From a virus, in UHGV virus genome UHGV-1358694: DNA of 42,288 nt; one strand, written 5' to 3'. A program made the translations under genes and the position numbers. This document shows, piece after piece, positions 25,766-36,045 of this stretch; position 1 is the first letter of the stretch; every line of letters starts with the position of its first letter. Under the pieces are notes generated by a model. It saw only the letters and a program-made list of their open reading frames with translations, was not told the DNA's origin and made no database searches.

Positions 25766-25766
25766 T

Positions 25767-26354
25767 ATGTGGTGGATGGTTGCGGCCATGGCCGCTAAGA
25801 CCGTTCTGGGGCAGGGTGCTCAGATTGAAGTGTCCAAGGCCAGGAACAAGGCTGTGATTCAACAGACAGCCAAACAGCTAAACGACATCGCGCTACAGCG
25901 CGCTCAGTCCAGGGACCGGACTGAGGTGTCTCTGTTTAATATACAGCAGCAGAAGCTGCAGGCTCAGAGCCAAGTAGGCCTACAAGCAGCAGCTTCCGGC
26001 ACTATGGGAGCCTCTGTTAAAGACGCCGTAGCCGCAGTGAACACTGTAGCCGGGCGACAAGAGGCCAGCGTACGTGACCAGCAGGCAACTCAGGAAGAGG
26101 GTTTCCGTCTAATGACGGACAAGGCTGTGGATAGCGGACTGGCTAACATGGACATGGCGGACCCGTACGATAACATGTTTAACTCATTGCTGAGTGTCGG
26201 GGCATCCGCCGTTGGGAAGTACGTCGGTGACGCTGCATCATCTTCTGACTCTGGCAGCTCAACACCCGGAAGCGGTGCGGCGGCTACTCAGAACATGGCG
26301 TCCTCCTATGATTTATGGGGGAGTAAAGGTAACAGCTCAGTTCATACCTGGTAA
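25767..26354 (+). CDS. internal virion protein (T7 gp14-like, 195 aa)
   Basis: N-terminus MWWMVAAMAAKTVLGQGAQI resembles T7 gp14 MCWAAAIPIAISGAQAISGQ. GGAGGA 6 nt upstream. Confidence 0.7.
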   Translation: MWWMVAAMAAKTVLGQGAQIEVSKARNKAVIQQTAKQLNDIALQRAQSRDRTEVSLFNIQQQKLQAQSQVGLQAAASGTMGASVKDAVAAVNTVAGRQEASVRDQQATQEEGFRLMTDKAVDSGLANMDMADPYDNMFNSLLSVGASAVGKYVGDAASSSDSGSSTPGSGAAATQNMASSYDLWGSKGNSSVHTW

Positions 26355-26371
26355 CTTAAGAGGAATATTAA

Positions 26372-29056
26372 ATGCCTGTGATTCAACCCAGTAGACGGGG
26401 GCTAAATATTGGGGGTGTGCAACTGCAGGCCAACGATGTTAGCTTACCATCAACGGTAAGTGAAGTATCCGTTGATACCTCCAAAGCAAAACGCCTAGCC
26501 GCCCTGTCTGGATTCGTGCAGGACTTCGGCGTAGGTTTCGACGAGGCAGTAAAAGAAAACGCCGCAGCCGCCACCGTGCGCGGCGCTATGGATGCTCAGG
26601 GCGCAGTAGATGCAATGGCCTCCAAGGACGAGGCTGTACAGAAGCAAAACATCTTCGTGCGCGAAGCCTACCAGGACGGCTACGTATCCGCCGCCGCGTA
26701 CGACACTCTAGCCAAGTGGCGCACAGAAAGTATTGTGCGCGCTAAGAAAGCCGCCGAGGCTGGGTTGACTGATGAGGAGTTCCAGCAGCAGGAGCAAGAG
26801 CACGTCCAGTCTATGTCGGACAAGCTTGGTATGTATCTACCGGATATGTCCAAGCAGTCCGCTACGACTATATTGCAGCAGCTCCGTGCTACAAGCATGG
26901 CTAACTACACAGCCTTCCAGAAAGGTAGGGCTGCATTTGCCCTGGCTCAGGCTGACCGTGCTCTTGACCGTGGGCTAAGCGCGTCCAGTGAGGAGTTCTA
27001 CCAGCGCTTGCAGGCGGGCCAAGGCGCCGCCGCGCAGATGTCCATTAAGACGGGCTTAGACAGTATCCTGGCTGCTGAGCACTTGGACAAGAACAAGAAG
27101 CTGGACCGGGCCAAGCAGTATCTGGTTAGCGTAGCGCAGCAGACGCAGGACCCGCTGGTAATTAACCAGCTGCAGGAAATGGCCACCAAGGAACTCGGCG
27201 TCAACTCCGTGGATGTCAACGCAGCACTGTATCAGGAGTTCAAGCGCGCCGGTGCACAGATTGAGACACAGGCCCGTTTCGAAATCTCTGATGCAATCCA
27301 GTCTCTCGAAGGTCAGACCCCAGAGCAGCAGGAACAGACTATGCAGCGTATTCGTAGTCGTGTCATTGAGCTGTCGGCATCTGATGTACTCAGCGCCGGG
27401 ACCAGCATGGAGTTCTGGAACAAGGCTCAGACCATTCGTGAGAAGGCAGCAGACGCCCAGGCATTGCGCACAGCAATTACCGGGAATATGCCAAGCTCCA
27501 CTTTGGCGGGTATGTTCAAAGGAGACTTAGATAAGGCACGTACTCAGCTGCTCAAGAGCTTTCCGGACACTCCGGAAGGGAACCTGCAGCTGCTGGCGTA
27601 CGGGAGCAACAGCAAGGACGCGTGGGCAGTCAACGAAGCGCACAAGCGTATGTCTTCGGATATGGCGCGTACGCTGACTACGCTGGACCAGCTCGGTGAG
27701 GATGGTGAGGTTTCCCGCGAGAACGTCAACAGCATCAACTTGTGGGCACAGGCTTATAGCACCAGTACGGACTTAGGGAAGATGGCGCTACTGTCTGAGG
27801 TCCCATCTGAGTGGCGCGGCGTGGTTCAGTCGGCTATTGCTCAGAACCCAAGTAACGCCAGCAACACTATCTTGGACGACCTGCGCCGCCAGGCGCGCAA
27901 CAAGGCTAGCGGCCGCTATACTGATATCCCAGAAAATCCGACGGATAAGATGGTAGACCCAAGCGGCACTGCTAACTGGTTTAGCTTCTTCGGAGATGCG
28001 GATGCCCAGCGACAAGAGGCACGGGCGGCGATGGTGGAGGAGTTCCACTACCTTAAAACCCATAACCCAGAGTCCTTCGCTGGTAAGGATGCTGATGATA
28101 TTAATAAGATGCTCAAAGGCAACATCCAATCCCGTAAATTGGAGCTGGAGGTTGCTGGTGCACCTAGGCATGTGTACCTGCCACCAGGAACTTCCTTGCA
28201 GTCCCTTATGGGGGACTACAAAGGTGATACGGAGCAGTTTACAGCATCGCTGCAGCAGCATATCCAGAATCAAGTTCAGTACCTGTCGGACCCCAGCAAC
28301 ATAGAGCGAGTGGTGATACAGGCAGCCACGGCCGGTAACGCGGGTCAGAACATGTCAGTAATCGTCATTGACAAGAAGGGCAAATTCCAGGATATGTCTG
28401 TGAATCTTCGTGACGTTCAGGCTACTGCTCAGGCTGCGTATGATTCAGCGCTGGCTGGTGAGATGAAGATTGGCAGCGAACAAGTAGGTGTACGTCCCGC
28501 TACCTTCTATGACCACGACAACGGACGTGCTGTCAGCGTGCAAGTCAACGGTCGTAACTCGGTAGGGCTGGAGCCGTCACTGTTTAGTGACATTCTCGCC
28601 ACCACTATGAAGTTCGAAGGGTTCCAAGAAGGTAAGGGCAAGGGTAGTGTAGGCTTCGGTCTGCACATTAACTCTGGCATGCCTGTCCCACAGAGAGTGA
28701 CCATTGATGACGGTATCAGTATCCTCAAGTCCTCCCTGGAGAAGCAGTACGTTCCGAACGTGCAGAAGCAACTCAAGGGGCAGGGTTTGAATGCCTCCGA
28801 CGAGGCGTTAAAGGTCATGGTGGACCTGAACTATCACGGCGGTAACGGTAGCTCTGGCCCTGTAGCAGAGGCGATGGCACAGGTACGCAAGGCTGCTAAG
28901 TCCCCGGTGGGGGCGTATCAGTACCCTGTATCTGAGGCCCAGGGTAGGGCTTGGCAAGCGCTGCGGAATACCCCGGCGTACAAGCAGGCCCAACCTGAGC
29001 GTAAGAAGTACCTAGAACAAAACCTACGCGATTGGCTCTTTGAAGCAACGCACTAA
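26372..29056 (+). CDS. internal virion protein (gp15/phiKMV gp36-like, 894 aa) with a C-terminal lysozyme-like domain
   Basis: Position and size. The C-terminal KFEGFQEGKGKGSVGFGLHI resembles the T4-lysozyme catalytic region [22 protein letters not shown]. phiKMV gp36 has the same architecture. Confidence 0.75.
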   Translation: MPVIQPSRRGLNIGGVQLQANDVSLPSTVSEVSVDTSKAKRLAALSGFVQDFGVGFDEAVKENAAAATVRGAMDAQGAVDAMASKDEAVQKQNIFVREAYQDGYVSAAAYDTLAKWRTESIVRAKKAAEAGLTDEEFQQQEQEHVQSMSDKLGMYLPDMSKQSATTILQQLRATSMANYTAFQKGRAAFALAQADRALDRGLSASSEEFYQRLQAGQGAAAQMSIKTGLDSILAAEHLDKNKKLDRAKQYLVSVAQQTQDPLVINQLQEMATKELGVNSVDVNAALYQEFKRAGAQIETQARFEISDAIQSLEGQTPEQQEQTMQRIRSRVIELSASDVLSAGTSMEFWNKAQTIREKAADAQALRTAITGNMPSSTLAGMFKGDLDKARTQLLKSFPDTPEGNLQLLAYGSNSKDAWAVNEAHKRMSSDMARTLTTLDQLGEDGEVSRENVNSINLWAQAYSTSTDLGKMALLSEVPSEWRGVVQSAIAQNPSNASNTILDDLRRQARNKASGRYTDIPENPTDKMVDPSGTANWFSFFGDADAQRQEARAAMVEEFHYLKTHNPESFAGKDADDINKMLKGNIQSRKLELEVAGAPRHVYLPPGTSLQSLMGDYKGDTEQFTASLQQHIQNQVQYLSDPSNIERVVIQAATAGNAGQNMSVIVIDKKGKFQDMSVNLRDVQATAQAAYDSALAGEMKIGSEQVGVRPATFYDHDNGRAVSVQVNGRNSVGLEPSLFSDILATTMKFEGFQEGKGKGSVGFGLHINSGMPVPQRVTIDDGISILKSSLEKQYVPNVQKQLKGQGLNASDEALKVMVDLNYHGGNGSSGPVAEAMAQVRKAAKSPVGAYQYPVSEAQGRAWQALRNTPAYKQAQPERKKYLEQNLRDWLFEATH

Positions 29057-29059
29057 CCA

Positions 29060-29077
29060 GAGGCCCTTCGGGGCCTC
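29060..29077 (+). promoter_or_regulatory. GC hairpin with a UUCG loop between the internal virion protein genes (RNA processing or stability element, or weak terminator)
   Basis: gaggccc-ttcg-gggcctc. No U-tract follows directly. Confidence 0.4.
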
Positions 29078-29106
29078 CCCTTATCAAAATTCTTTTAGGA
29101 GATATT

Positions 29107-32100
29107 ATGGCTCAGTTTCTGAACCAAGAACCGAATCCACAGGAAAAGGATTCTGCTAAGGGCGCAACACTTAAACCTGCGCCTGAGCGCGTAGATTGGA
29201 ACGATGCCGGGGACAACGGTCTGAACGCACTGGAGCGTGCATCCTTACTGGCGCAGGCCAAGACCCCAGCCACTACCGCCGCAGAGAGCTTTGCATCGGG
29301 TATGGGTAACAGCATCATCGCTGCCGCTATCCGCAAGGCCTCTGCTCCGGCATTTGACCGAGACCCGAACTTTAATGCTAAGCAGACCCTGAGTAGCGAT
29401 ACTCGGGCTAAGCTGTATGCTCCGAATCAGGAAGAGATTGAGTACCTGCACGACTCCGTGTCGGTAGAAGATTACAACTACCGCGTGCAGCAGATGCTTG
29501 AGCAGCGTGACCGTGACCGCTTAATGGCTGACAACACAGTAGCTGGGTTCGCGGGTATGCTGGTAGGAGACTCCCCGTTCATCCTGGCTCCGATGTCTGC
29601 TGCTGGTATTGCTGGCCGTGCGGGCTTAGCTGCACGTACCGCTATCCGCGCCGCTGACGTAGGGTCCGCATTCTACGCACAGGACCAACTGGGGCAGTCT
29701 GCTGCGGTAACTGCACTGATAGCGGGCGTAGCTGGGTTAGACCAGCTCTGGGATATGTCTCGGGCTGCTAAAGCTGCTGCTAAGGCTCGTACTGGGCGTG
29801 AGCCTATGTTCGACCCAGAAGCGCCTACAACGCGTACAGCTAGGGATGCTAATGTTACCGGAGTAGGAGAGGGAGAGGAAATCCTCACTAAGACACTGGA
29901 TGAAAGCATCCAAGTATCTAGAAACAATACCGCCTCCGTGAACATGAAAGCACAGCATGTAGTTCAGTTCTTGAAGAAGTCTGAGCACTTGACAGCAGGA
30001 CAGAAGGCTATTCTGGACACGCTGGGCGATGCTGTAAATGGCATTGATTTTAAACTGGTAGCAGGCTCCGCAAACCGCAGCCGCTACACTTATGCACAAC
30101 AAGATTTAGCTAAGCGGGGAGAGATATCTCTGCGCGCACCTAAGCAAGCTAACGGCAGCACCTGGACTACAGTCGGTGATGCGCTGCGCGCTATGGATGC
30201 AGATACAAGCAAGGTGGCCGTGCACGAACTTATTCATGCCGCTACTGCGCGCGCCATTGACAGTAATCCCGAGATTGCTAAACGCCTGGAGGAAGTGCGT
30301 GCGGTTATTGCAGCAGACTCTACCCTGACACCGCGTATGCGATATTACGCAAGTAATGTGCATGAGATGCTGGCAGGCTTAGGCGATAGCCCTGAATGGG
30401 TTGAGCACCTGGCACGTACACAGTCTCCCACCGGTAAGAGCATGCTCCGCCAACTGGGTGAGTACATCATGAATGCCTTGGGCATCAAAGCCAAGGGCTC
30501 TGCCTTGGAGGATGTCCTGGATGCGTACGAGGACGCCGTTAAGTGGACCGCTAAGGATTATGCAGACCAAGCCCAGAGCTTCCGTAGTGAGGCCTTCCAG
30601 GACCTGGCGGGCAGCACCACCCTCAATGAGGCTAAGCGTGCCCAGGCTATGCTGGACGGCGCTAAGAAGAAGCTATCCACTATGTTTGCCCTGTACGATA
30701 ATATCGCCCAAGGCAACGAAGACTTGGCTAAACTGCTAGTGTCGGATGCGTCCGCAGTAGGCGGCCGTCGCCCGTCAGTGGTAGACTACAAGCGTAACCT
30801 CACTTTGGAGATGGATGCTCGTGCCAGCGTAGTGGAAGATGCTATCCTGGGCGCGTTGAAGGATAAGGGTGTAGGGATGCTCTCACGCTTCTTCCATCGT
30901 AGTAATTTCCGCGCTGAGAGGGCTGCACTGGAAGACCGCCTGAGTAAGTACCTGGATGCTGCCTACAGCGCTGACGTAAACGGTCGCGCCATTCCGGTGC
31001 CGGATGCAGAGATTGCTCCGCTGGTTGATGCCTACCGTCGCTCTGGATGGGCTAGCAAGTGGCACGAGCATATGCTCAATGCCGGTCTAGTGGATGATGG
31101 AGCGTTGGTTAAATCAGACTACTACTTCCCACGCCAGTACAGCTACGACAAGATGCGTCAAGGTATCGCACAGGGTAACACTCTGGATGACTACCGCGCC
31201 CTGTTCCGGTCCGCCCTGCGGGACGTGTACCCGAGCATGGAGTCAGAGGTAGTGCAGCGTGTTGCCAAGGAGATGGTTGACGGCATCTACAATGGCCGTG
31301 TCGGGCAGTCTGGTCCTATGTGGAAGCAGCTGATTAACGGTATGGGTAATGACGAGGTCGTTATGGCTATGCGTAGTGCCGGTGTAGATGAGTCTGCAAT
31401 ACAGAGCTTCTTGGCCGGTAACGTACGCGAATCCGGCAGCACATCCCCTGCGCGGAACCTGCGACAGCGTACTCGGTTCAACATGGACAAAGAGTACCTG
31501 ATTAACGGAAAGAGCATGCGCATGCAGGACCTGATGGATACTGATGTAGCCAAGGTTATGCACGGGTACACTAACCGTATGTCCGGCCGTGTAGGCATGG
31601 CCTATGCAGGCGTACAGGACCTGGGCCAGTTAGCTAAGATGATTGATGAGTCCAAGCACGCACTGGCGGATTCCGCTAAGTGGGAGAAGACTGTCAATGA
31701 TACCATCGACTTTATCCTGGGCGGGGCACCTGCTGACGCTGGACAGCTTCCGGACTTGCTACGAGCAGCTGGGAACATGGCGAACGCCACTATGCTCAAG
31801 AACTCCGGCCTGTATCAGCTGACCGATACTGCTCTGGCTATGAAGGAGTTCGGTATGGCTAGAGTGCTGCGCAGTATGCGTGACCAGCCTTGGTTCAATG
31901 AAGGTGCCGTAGCTATCAAGACTCCTGATATGGCTGCCCGTCTAGACACCGTGCTGCGGGGTAATATCCAGAAGGAGATGCGCTTCCGCTGGCTGAATAC
32001 GTACGCTGACGATAACCTGGACCTGACCCGTCAGGCCTCTTGGTTCAACGTCACCCAGAACGTAGGGCAGGCTGCGCGTCACGTCAACGGCATGAGTATG

Positions 32101-32805
32101 GTGCACCGGTTGCAGGTTAACCTGAACTCCGGTATTGTGGCGGATGAGCTTACGCAGATGTTCAAGGGTGATGCTGAGGCGTTTAAGCGTCTGGAGCGTT
32201 TCGGGCTTACCCGTGACGTTGCGGACCGCGCTATCGCTGCCAACAAGGCCAACCCGGGCGCTATGTTCCAGCCGGACCTGCAAATGCAAGTCGAGGTTGT
32301 AGGGACGCGGATGATGGACTACCTGGTACAGCAAGTTCGTACTGGTGAGACTTCGCACTTCGCGCAGTTCAATCCTATCGGCAAAGTCATTGTAGGATAC
32401 CAGAGCTTCGCACTGGCTGCCACTAACAAGATTCTGCGCAGGGAGCTGAACGATGCTGGGTGGATTGGTGTAGCCCATATTATGGCGTACCAGTTCCCGT
32501 TGATGCTGCTGGCTACTATGGCTAAGCACGGCATGGATGGGAAGGACGTAAGTACCCAGAAACTCATTGGAGAGTCCGTAATGGGTATGAGCGCCATTGG
32601 TGGTATATCGCTACTACAGGATATCTTCCTGGGAGATTCTCCCCGCCACTCGTTGGCGTCTATGGGTTACGTCACAGGGCTGCTCGGGGCCGTACAGGAC
32701 CTGGCTACCGGTAATATGGACATCAAGACCTTCACTAAGCAGGTACCGTTAATCCAGGAATTCGCACCTACGCGAGCTATCATCAATAACTTTGGAGACG
32801 ATTAA
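29107..32805 (+). CDS. large internal virion (ejectosome) protein (T7 gp16-like, 1232 aa)
   Basis: Largest gene and last of the internal-protein trio. Contains motif copy B at 29850-29868. Confidence 0.75.
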   Translation: MAQFLNQEPNPQEKDSAKGATLKPAPERVDWNDAGDNGLNALERASLLAQAKTPATTAAESFASGMGNSIIAAAIRKASAPAFDRDPNFNAKQTLSSDTRAKLYAPNQEEIEYLHDSVSVEDYNYRVQQMLEQRDRDRLMADNTVAGFAGMLVGDSPFILAPMSAAGIAGRAGLAARTAIRAADVGSAFYAQDQLGQSAAVTALIAGVAGLDQLWDMSRAAKAAAKARTGREPMFDPEAPTTRTARDANVTGVGEGEEILTKTLDESIQVSRNNTASVNMKAQHVVQFLKKSEHLTAGQKAILDTLGDAVNGIDFKLVAGSANRSRYTYAQQDLAKRGEISLRAPKQANGSTWTTVGDALRAMDADTSKVAVHELIHAATARAIDSNPEIAKRLEEVRAVIAADSTLTPRMRYYASNVHEMLAGLGDSPEWVEHLARTQSPTGKSMLRQLGEYIMNALGIKAKGSALEDVLDAYEDAVKWTAKDYADQAQSFRSEAFQDLAGSTTLNEAKRAQAMLDGAKKKLSTMFALYDNIAQGNEDLAKLLVSDASAVGGRRPSVVDYKRNLTLEMDARASVVEDAILGALKDKGVGMLSRFFHRSNFRAERAALEDRLSKYLDAAYSADVNGRAIPVPDAEIAPLVDAYRRSGWASKWHEHMLNAGLVDDGALVKSDYYFPRQYSYDKMRQGIAQGNTLDDYRALFRSALRDVYPSMESEVVQRVAKEMVDGIYNGRVGQSGPMWKQLINGMGNDEVVMAMRSAGVDESAIQSFLAGNVRESGSTSPARNLRQRTRFNMDKEYLINGKSMRMQDLMDTDVAKVMHGYTNRMSGRVGMAYAGVQDLGQLAKMIDESKHALADSAKWEKTVNDTIDFILGGAPADAGQLPDLLRAAGNMANATMLKNSGLYQLTDTALAMKEFGMARVLRSMRDQPWFNEGAVAIKTPDMAARLDTVLRGNIQKEMRFRWLNTYADDNLDLTRQASWFNVTQNVGQAARHVNGMSMVHRLQVNLNSGIVADELTQMFKGDAEAFKRLERFGLTRDVADRAIAANKANPGAMFQPDLQMQVEVVGTRMMDYLVQQVRTGETSHFAQFNPIGKVIVGYQSFALAATNKILRRELNDAGWIGVAHIMAYQFPLMLLATMAKHGMDGKDVSTQKLIGESVMGMSAIGGISLLQDIFLGDSPRHSLASMGYVTGLLGAVQDLATGNMDIKTFTKQVPLIQEFAPTRAIINNFGDD
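29850..29868 (+). promoter_or_regulatory. Copy B of the recurring motif (taatgttaccggagtagga), inside the coding sequence
   Basis: Exact 19/19 identity with 18324-18342. Encodes N-V-T-G-V-G with no nearby start codon. Confidence 0.45.
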
Positions 32806-32806
32806 T

Positions 32807-35461
32807 ATGGCATTCAGCTGGCAAGAGTCGGTAAAGCCTGCAGGTACTCAGGATATCCAGTGTGATATTGAGTACCTGGATAAGTCCTATATTCACGTTT
32901 ACTTAGATGGTGCTGAGACCACTGCCTTCACTTGGACCAGCTCCACTAATATTCGCCTGAACTCGCCGCTGTCTGCAGAGACAGCGGTGCTCCTCATTCG
33001 TAAGACTGAACGAGAGTACCTCTACATTGAGTTTGCTAGCGGGGCTCCATTTATTGAGGGCAACGTAGATACCCAGAATACGCAGTTCCTGCACTTAGCT
33101 CAAGAGCTGGTTGAGGGACGCTCTATAGAGGGTTTCTATGGCGATATTAACATGCATCGCTACCGCATCACTAACCTGGGCGGCCCGGTGGATGCGCTGG
33201 ATGCTGCGAACAAGCAGTACGTAGACGCAGGTGACGCACGACTAGATGCTCGCGTAGATGCAGAGGAAGCTGCCCGTAAGGCCGCAGACTCCGCCCTGGA
33301 TGTGCGCACCACTAACCTTGAGCAAACGTACTTTAATGCTAATACTAACAGCTTCCCCTGGTGGACAATTACTGTATTTGATACCAATACAATTACACCC
33401 GGGATGCCGTTCAGTAAGGCGAAGGTGCGTTTAAATGGGGTAACTCAGACTGCTGGGTATTCCTATAGCGTATCTAACGGGGTTATCACCTTTGCGGAAA
33501 CTGTACCTGCAGGTACTCTGGTAGACGTAACTATAGGTGTAGACACCTCAGAAGATACCAGCGCTGTTTCTACTGTTCTAGGTTTATTAGCTGGGGCGGA
33601 TGGTGCTAGTTACATCGGCCTCCCTCACGGCACCTTGGGGCAGGGTGTATACTGGGTAACGCCCGAAATGTTTGGGGCTGTAGGTGATGGCGTTGCAGAT
33701 GACTCTGACGCACTGCAGGCTGCCATGAATGCCTGTGTAGAGTACGAGTGGCAGGGCACCGTTGCTGATACAGACGACCACGGCGGCACCAGTAAGTATA
33801 CCCTAATGTTAACCGGGCAGTACAGGTTCACCCGCACCCTTGTCCTGCCGCCGTTCCTTAGAATGGTGGGGATAGGTCAGTCGTACTTAGCCGACCCAAA
33901 GAATAATGTAGTAAAGTTCATTCCTGATTTCTCCTTACAGGATGGCTACGCATTTGAATCACTAAACTTTGACGAAACAGGTACGCACACGGCAAAGGTT
34001 GATACGTATTCTGCCAGCGCAAGTGACAGGCGCCTAATCACTCGCTGCCCTGGGTTACTGTTAGAAAATTTCTCCGTTGTTGCTGGGGCCAATACTTCCC
34101 TGAAGGGGATTTTCAATTTACGCCTTACACATGGTGCGGTGCTCAAGAGCATCTGTGCACGCATTACGTCCCGAGCAGCTGTTGGGGCGAACCTCACCTG
34201 CACGTGGAATGGCGCATTCCGGGATTGTATTTTCAGGACTGCAACAATTGCTCTGACACTGAGAAATAACGTTACGACATGGCTGTTTGATAACTGCTAT
34301 TTCCAGACTACCCAAGGCGACAACCCACTGCCGTGGTTTACTGATTTCCCTGAATTCTATGGGTACCCGACAAGACAAACCTGGACAGCTTGTGTAGCTG
34401 GCACTTGGTCCTCACCCCATTTTAAGGATTGCACACTAGAGAATTCTCAAAACGGCTACCGGCTTCACAGATGCCAGGGCGGTTCCGAGCACGGAACTTA
34501 CTTTGAGAATATCGAGGAAGAATGCTACGCCCTAATGGAGTGCGTACTGAGTATGACTCCAGGGTATTTTTACAGTAATAAAGGTGCGGCAGCTACCACT
34601 CGCATGGTATTTTTGTCAGGGTCTCTTGCAAATTCAGCAAGCATCGACATGACCAATACTAACTACTTTAGTCAGACTGTTGACCCTTATCACTGCTCGG
34701 GTGCCAGCAAGTTGGTTGTGACTACTGCGGGGGATATGCGTACGAGTATGAAGATAACCTACCCTAACAAGGTTATTTTCAACTGCTACTCGCAATTCTC
34801 TGGGTACTGTGATGTGTATGTATCCTCCACTGGCAATGATGGTTACAACGGGTATAGTGCCACCTACCCCGTCAAGACGCTGCAAGAAGCACTGCTGCGC
34901 TGCCAACCCGGTTATAAGAACCGAATCTATTTGGCGGCAGGGGATACTATTACAACAACCAAGTACTACTCGGACGGGTACCAGCCAAACCGTAGGTTCT
35001 TCCAAGGATACGATATTCGCATTATTGGGGACTCTACTAATAGGCCCACTTTGGTATTGGCCGAAGATAGCGCATGGTTATCTGGTGTCGGGATTAAAGA
35101 CGGCAGCATCTCTTTCTCCCAGCTAAACATAAATCTGGTGCTCTCAAGTAGTAGCAGTGCTGCTGCAACAGCATTTGGTGCACTGGTTTATGCGACGGGC
35201 AGTGCCCAAGTAATCCTGGACTCTTGTACTGTGAGTGGCAGCAGTTCCAGCACACCGGCATTCTTAGTTTCACCTGCTCAGTTGGCTGGGATGGCTACGA
35301 TACTTATTAATGATTGTACGTTGGCAAATATTAACATAGTGCAGAGTTCATCTATATCTGGAATGGGCTTAGCATATATACTAAACCACTCCGGGTGCTC
35401 ATTTACGTCAGTAACTGAGGGTGCTACGTTTGCTAAGATATATGCTAGGGCTATAGCATAA
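32807..35461 (+). CDS. tail fiber / tailspike with a pectate-lyase-type beta-helix (probable polysaccharide depolymerase), 884 aa
   Basis: The N-terminal ~110 aa resemble the T7 gp17 tail-attachment domain (IEYLDKSYIHVYLDG). Central VTPEMFGAVGDGVADDSDALQAAMN is the classic pectate-lyase-3/tailspike motif. GGAGA 8 nt upstream. The distal part drops to ~40-48% GC. Confidence 0.85.
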   Translation: MAFSWQESVKPAGTQDIQCDIEYLDKSYIHVYLDGAETTAFTWTSSTNIRLNSPLSAETAVLLIRKTEREYLYIEFASGAPFIEGNVDTQNTQFLHLAQELVEGRSIEGFYGDINMHRYRITNLGGPVDALDAANKQYVDAGDARLDARVDAEEAARKAADSALDVRTTNLEQTYFNANTNSFPWWTITVFDTNTITPGMPFSKAKVRLNGVTQTAGYSYSVSNGVITFAETVPAGTLVDVTIGVDTSEDTSAVSTVLGLLAGADGASYIGLPHGTLGQGVYWVTPEMFGAVGDGVADDSDALQAAMNACVEYEWQGTVADTDDHGGTSKYTLMLTGQYRFTRTLVLPPFLRMVGIGQSYLADPKNNVVKFIPDFSLQDGYAFESLNFDETGTHTAKVDTYSASASDRRLITRCPGLLLENFSVVAGANTSLKGIFNLRLTHGAVLKSICARITSRAAVGANLTCTWNGAFRDCIFRTATIALTLRNNVTTWLFDNCYFQTTQGDNPLPWFTDFPEFYGYPTRQTWTACVAGTWSSPHFKDCTLENSQNGYRLHRCQGGSEHGTYFENIEEECYALMECVLSMTPGYFYSNKGAAATTRMVFLSGSLANSASIDMTNTNYFSQTVDPYHCSGASKLVVTTAGDMRTSMKITYPNKVIFNCYSQFSGYCDVYVSSTGNDGYNGYSATYPVKTLQEALLRCQPGYKNRIYLAAGDTITTTKYYSDGYQPNRRFFQGYDIRIIGDSTNRPTLVLAEDSAWLSGVGIKDGSISFSQLNINLVLSSSSSAAATAFGALVYATGSAQVILDSCTVSGSSSSTPAFLVSPAQLAGMATILINDCTLANINIVQSSSISGMGLAYILNHSGCSFTSVTEGATFAKIYARAIA

Positions 35462-35474
35462 TAGGAGGTATGAG

Positions 35475-35741
35475 ATGTCATTTAGTGTCACTAAAGAGTA
35501 CAGCACTGTGCTAAACTATCCTGAATTGGGTATACTCCGAGCCGGTGAGGGGGTCGTATGTACGGTAGAATATACGGCCACTCACATCAACGCGGTGGGG
35601 ACAGGGTCTGTAGAGGTACAAATACAAACTAAACTAGCGGACGGGGGTACGGGTATACTGGTATATACTTTTGAACCCGACGGGTTGGATAACTTATTGA
35701 TGCAAGCCGAGGCTAGTTTTAAAGCCACTATAGGAGTGTAA
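35475..35741 (+). CDS. hypothetical protein downstream of the fiber gene (88 aa)
   Basis: Strong SD ATAGGAGGTATGAG. Confidence 0.55.
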   Translation: MSFSVTKEYSTVLNYPELGILRAGEGVVCTVEYTATHINAVGTGSVEVQIQTKLADGGTGILVYTFEPDGLDNLLMQAEASFKATIGV

Positions 35742-35742
35742 T

Positions 35743-36045
35743 ATGGCAGGGGCGGCTAAACGTAGTCGCCTCTCGGAGCTGCACCGCATGTTCACCGAGG
35801 CTTTGATTGAAGAAATCAAACAGTCTAAGGAAGATGAGGTGCCGCTCCCCGCCGCAGATAAATCGGTCATTGCTAAGTTCTTGAAGGATAATGACATTAC
35901 CGCGGATGCAGATTCCGCGGAGATGCAGGACCTTAGAGACGAGTTCGATGACGAACTAGCGGCGCGCAGAGAGGCGCGTAAGCAAGAGATTCTAAACAAA
36001 GTTGGTGGTTCAGACTCTGAGGACTTACTAGAAGGAATTGTCTAA
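35743..36045 (+). CDS. putative terminase small subunit (100 aa)
   Basis: Small, highly charged and helical, immediately upstream of the large terminase and overlapping it as TAATG. Assigned by position only. Confidence 0.5.
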   Translation: MAGAAKRSRLSELHRMFTEALIEEIKQSKEDEVPLPAADKSVIAKFLKDNDITADADSAEMQDLRDEFDDELAARREARKQEILNKVGGSDSEDLLEGIV

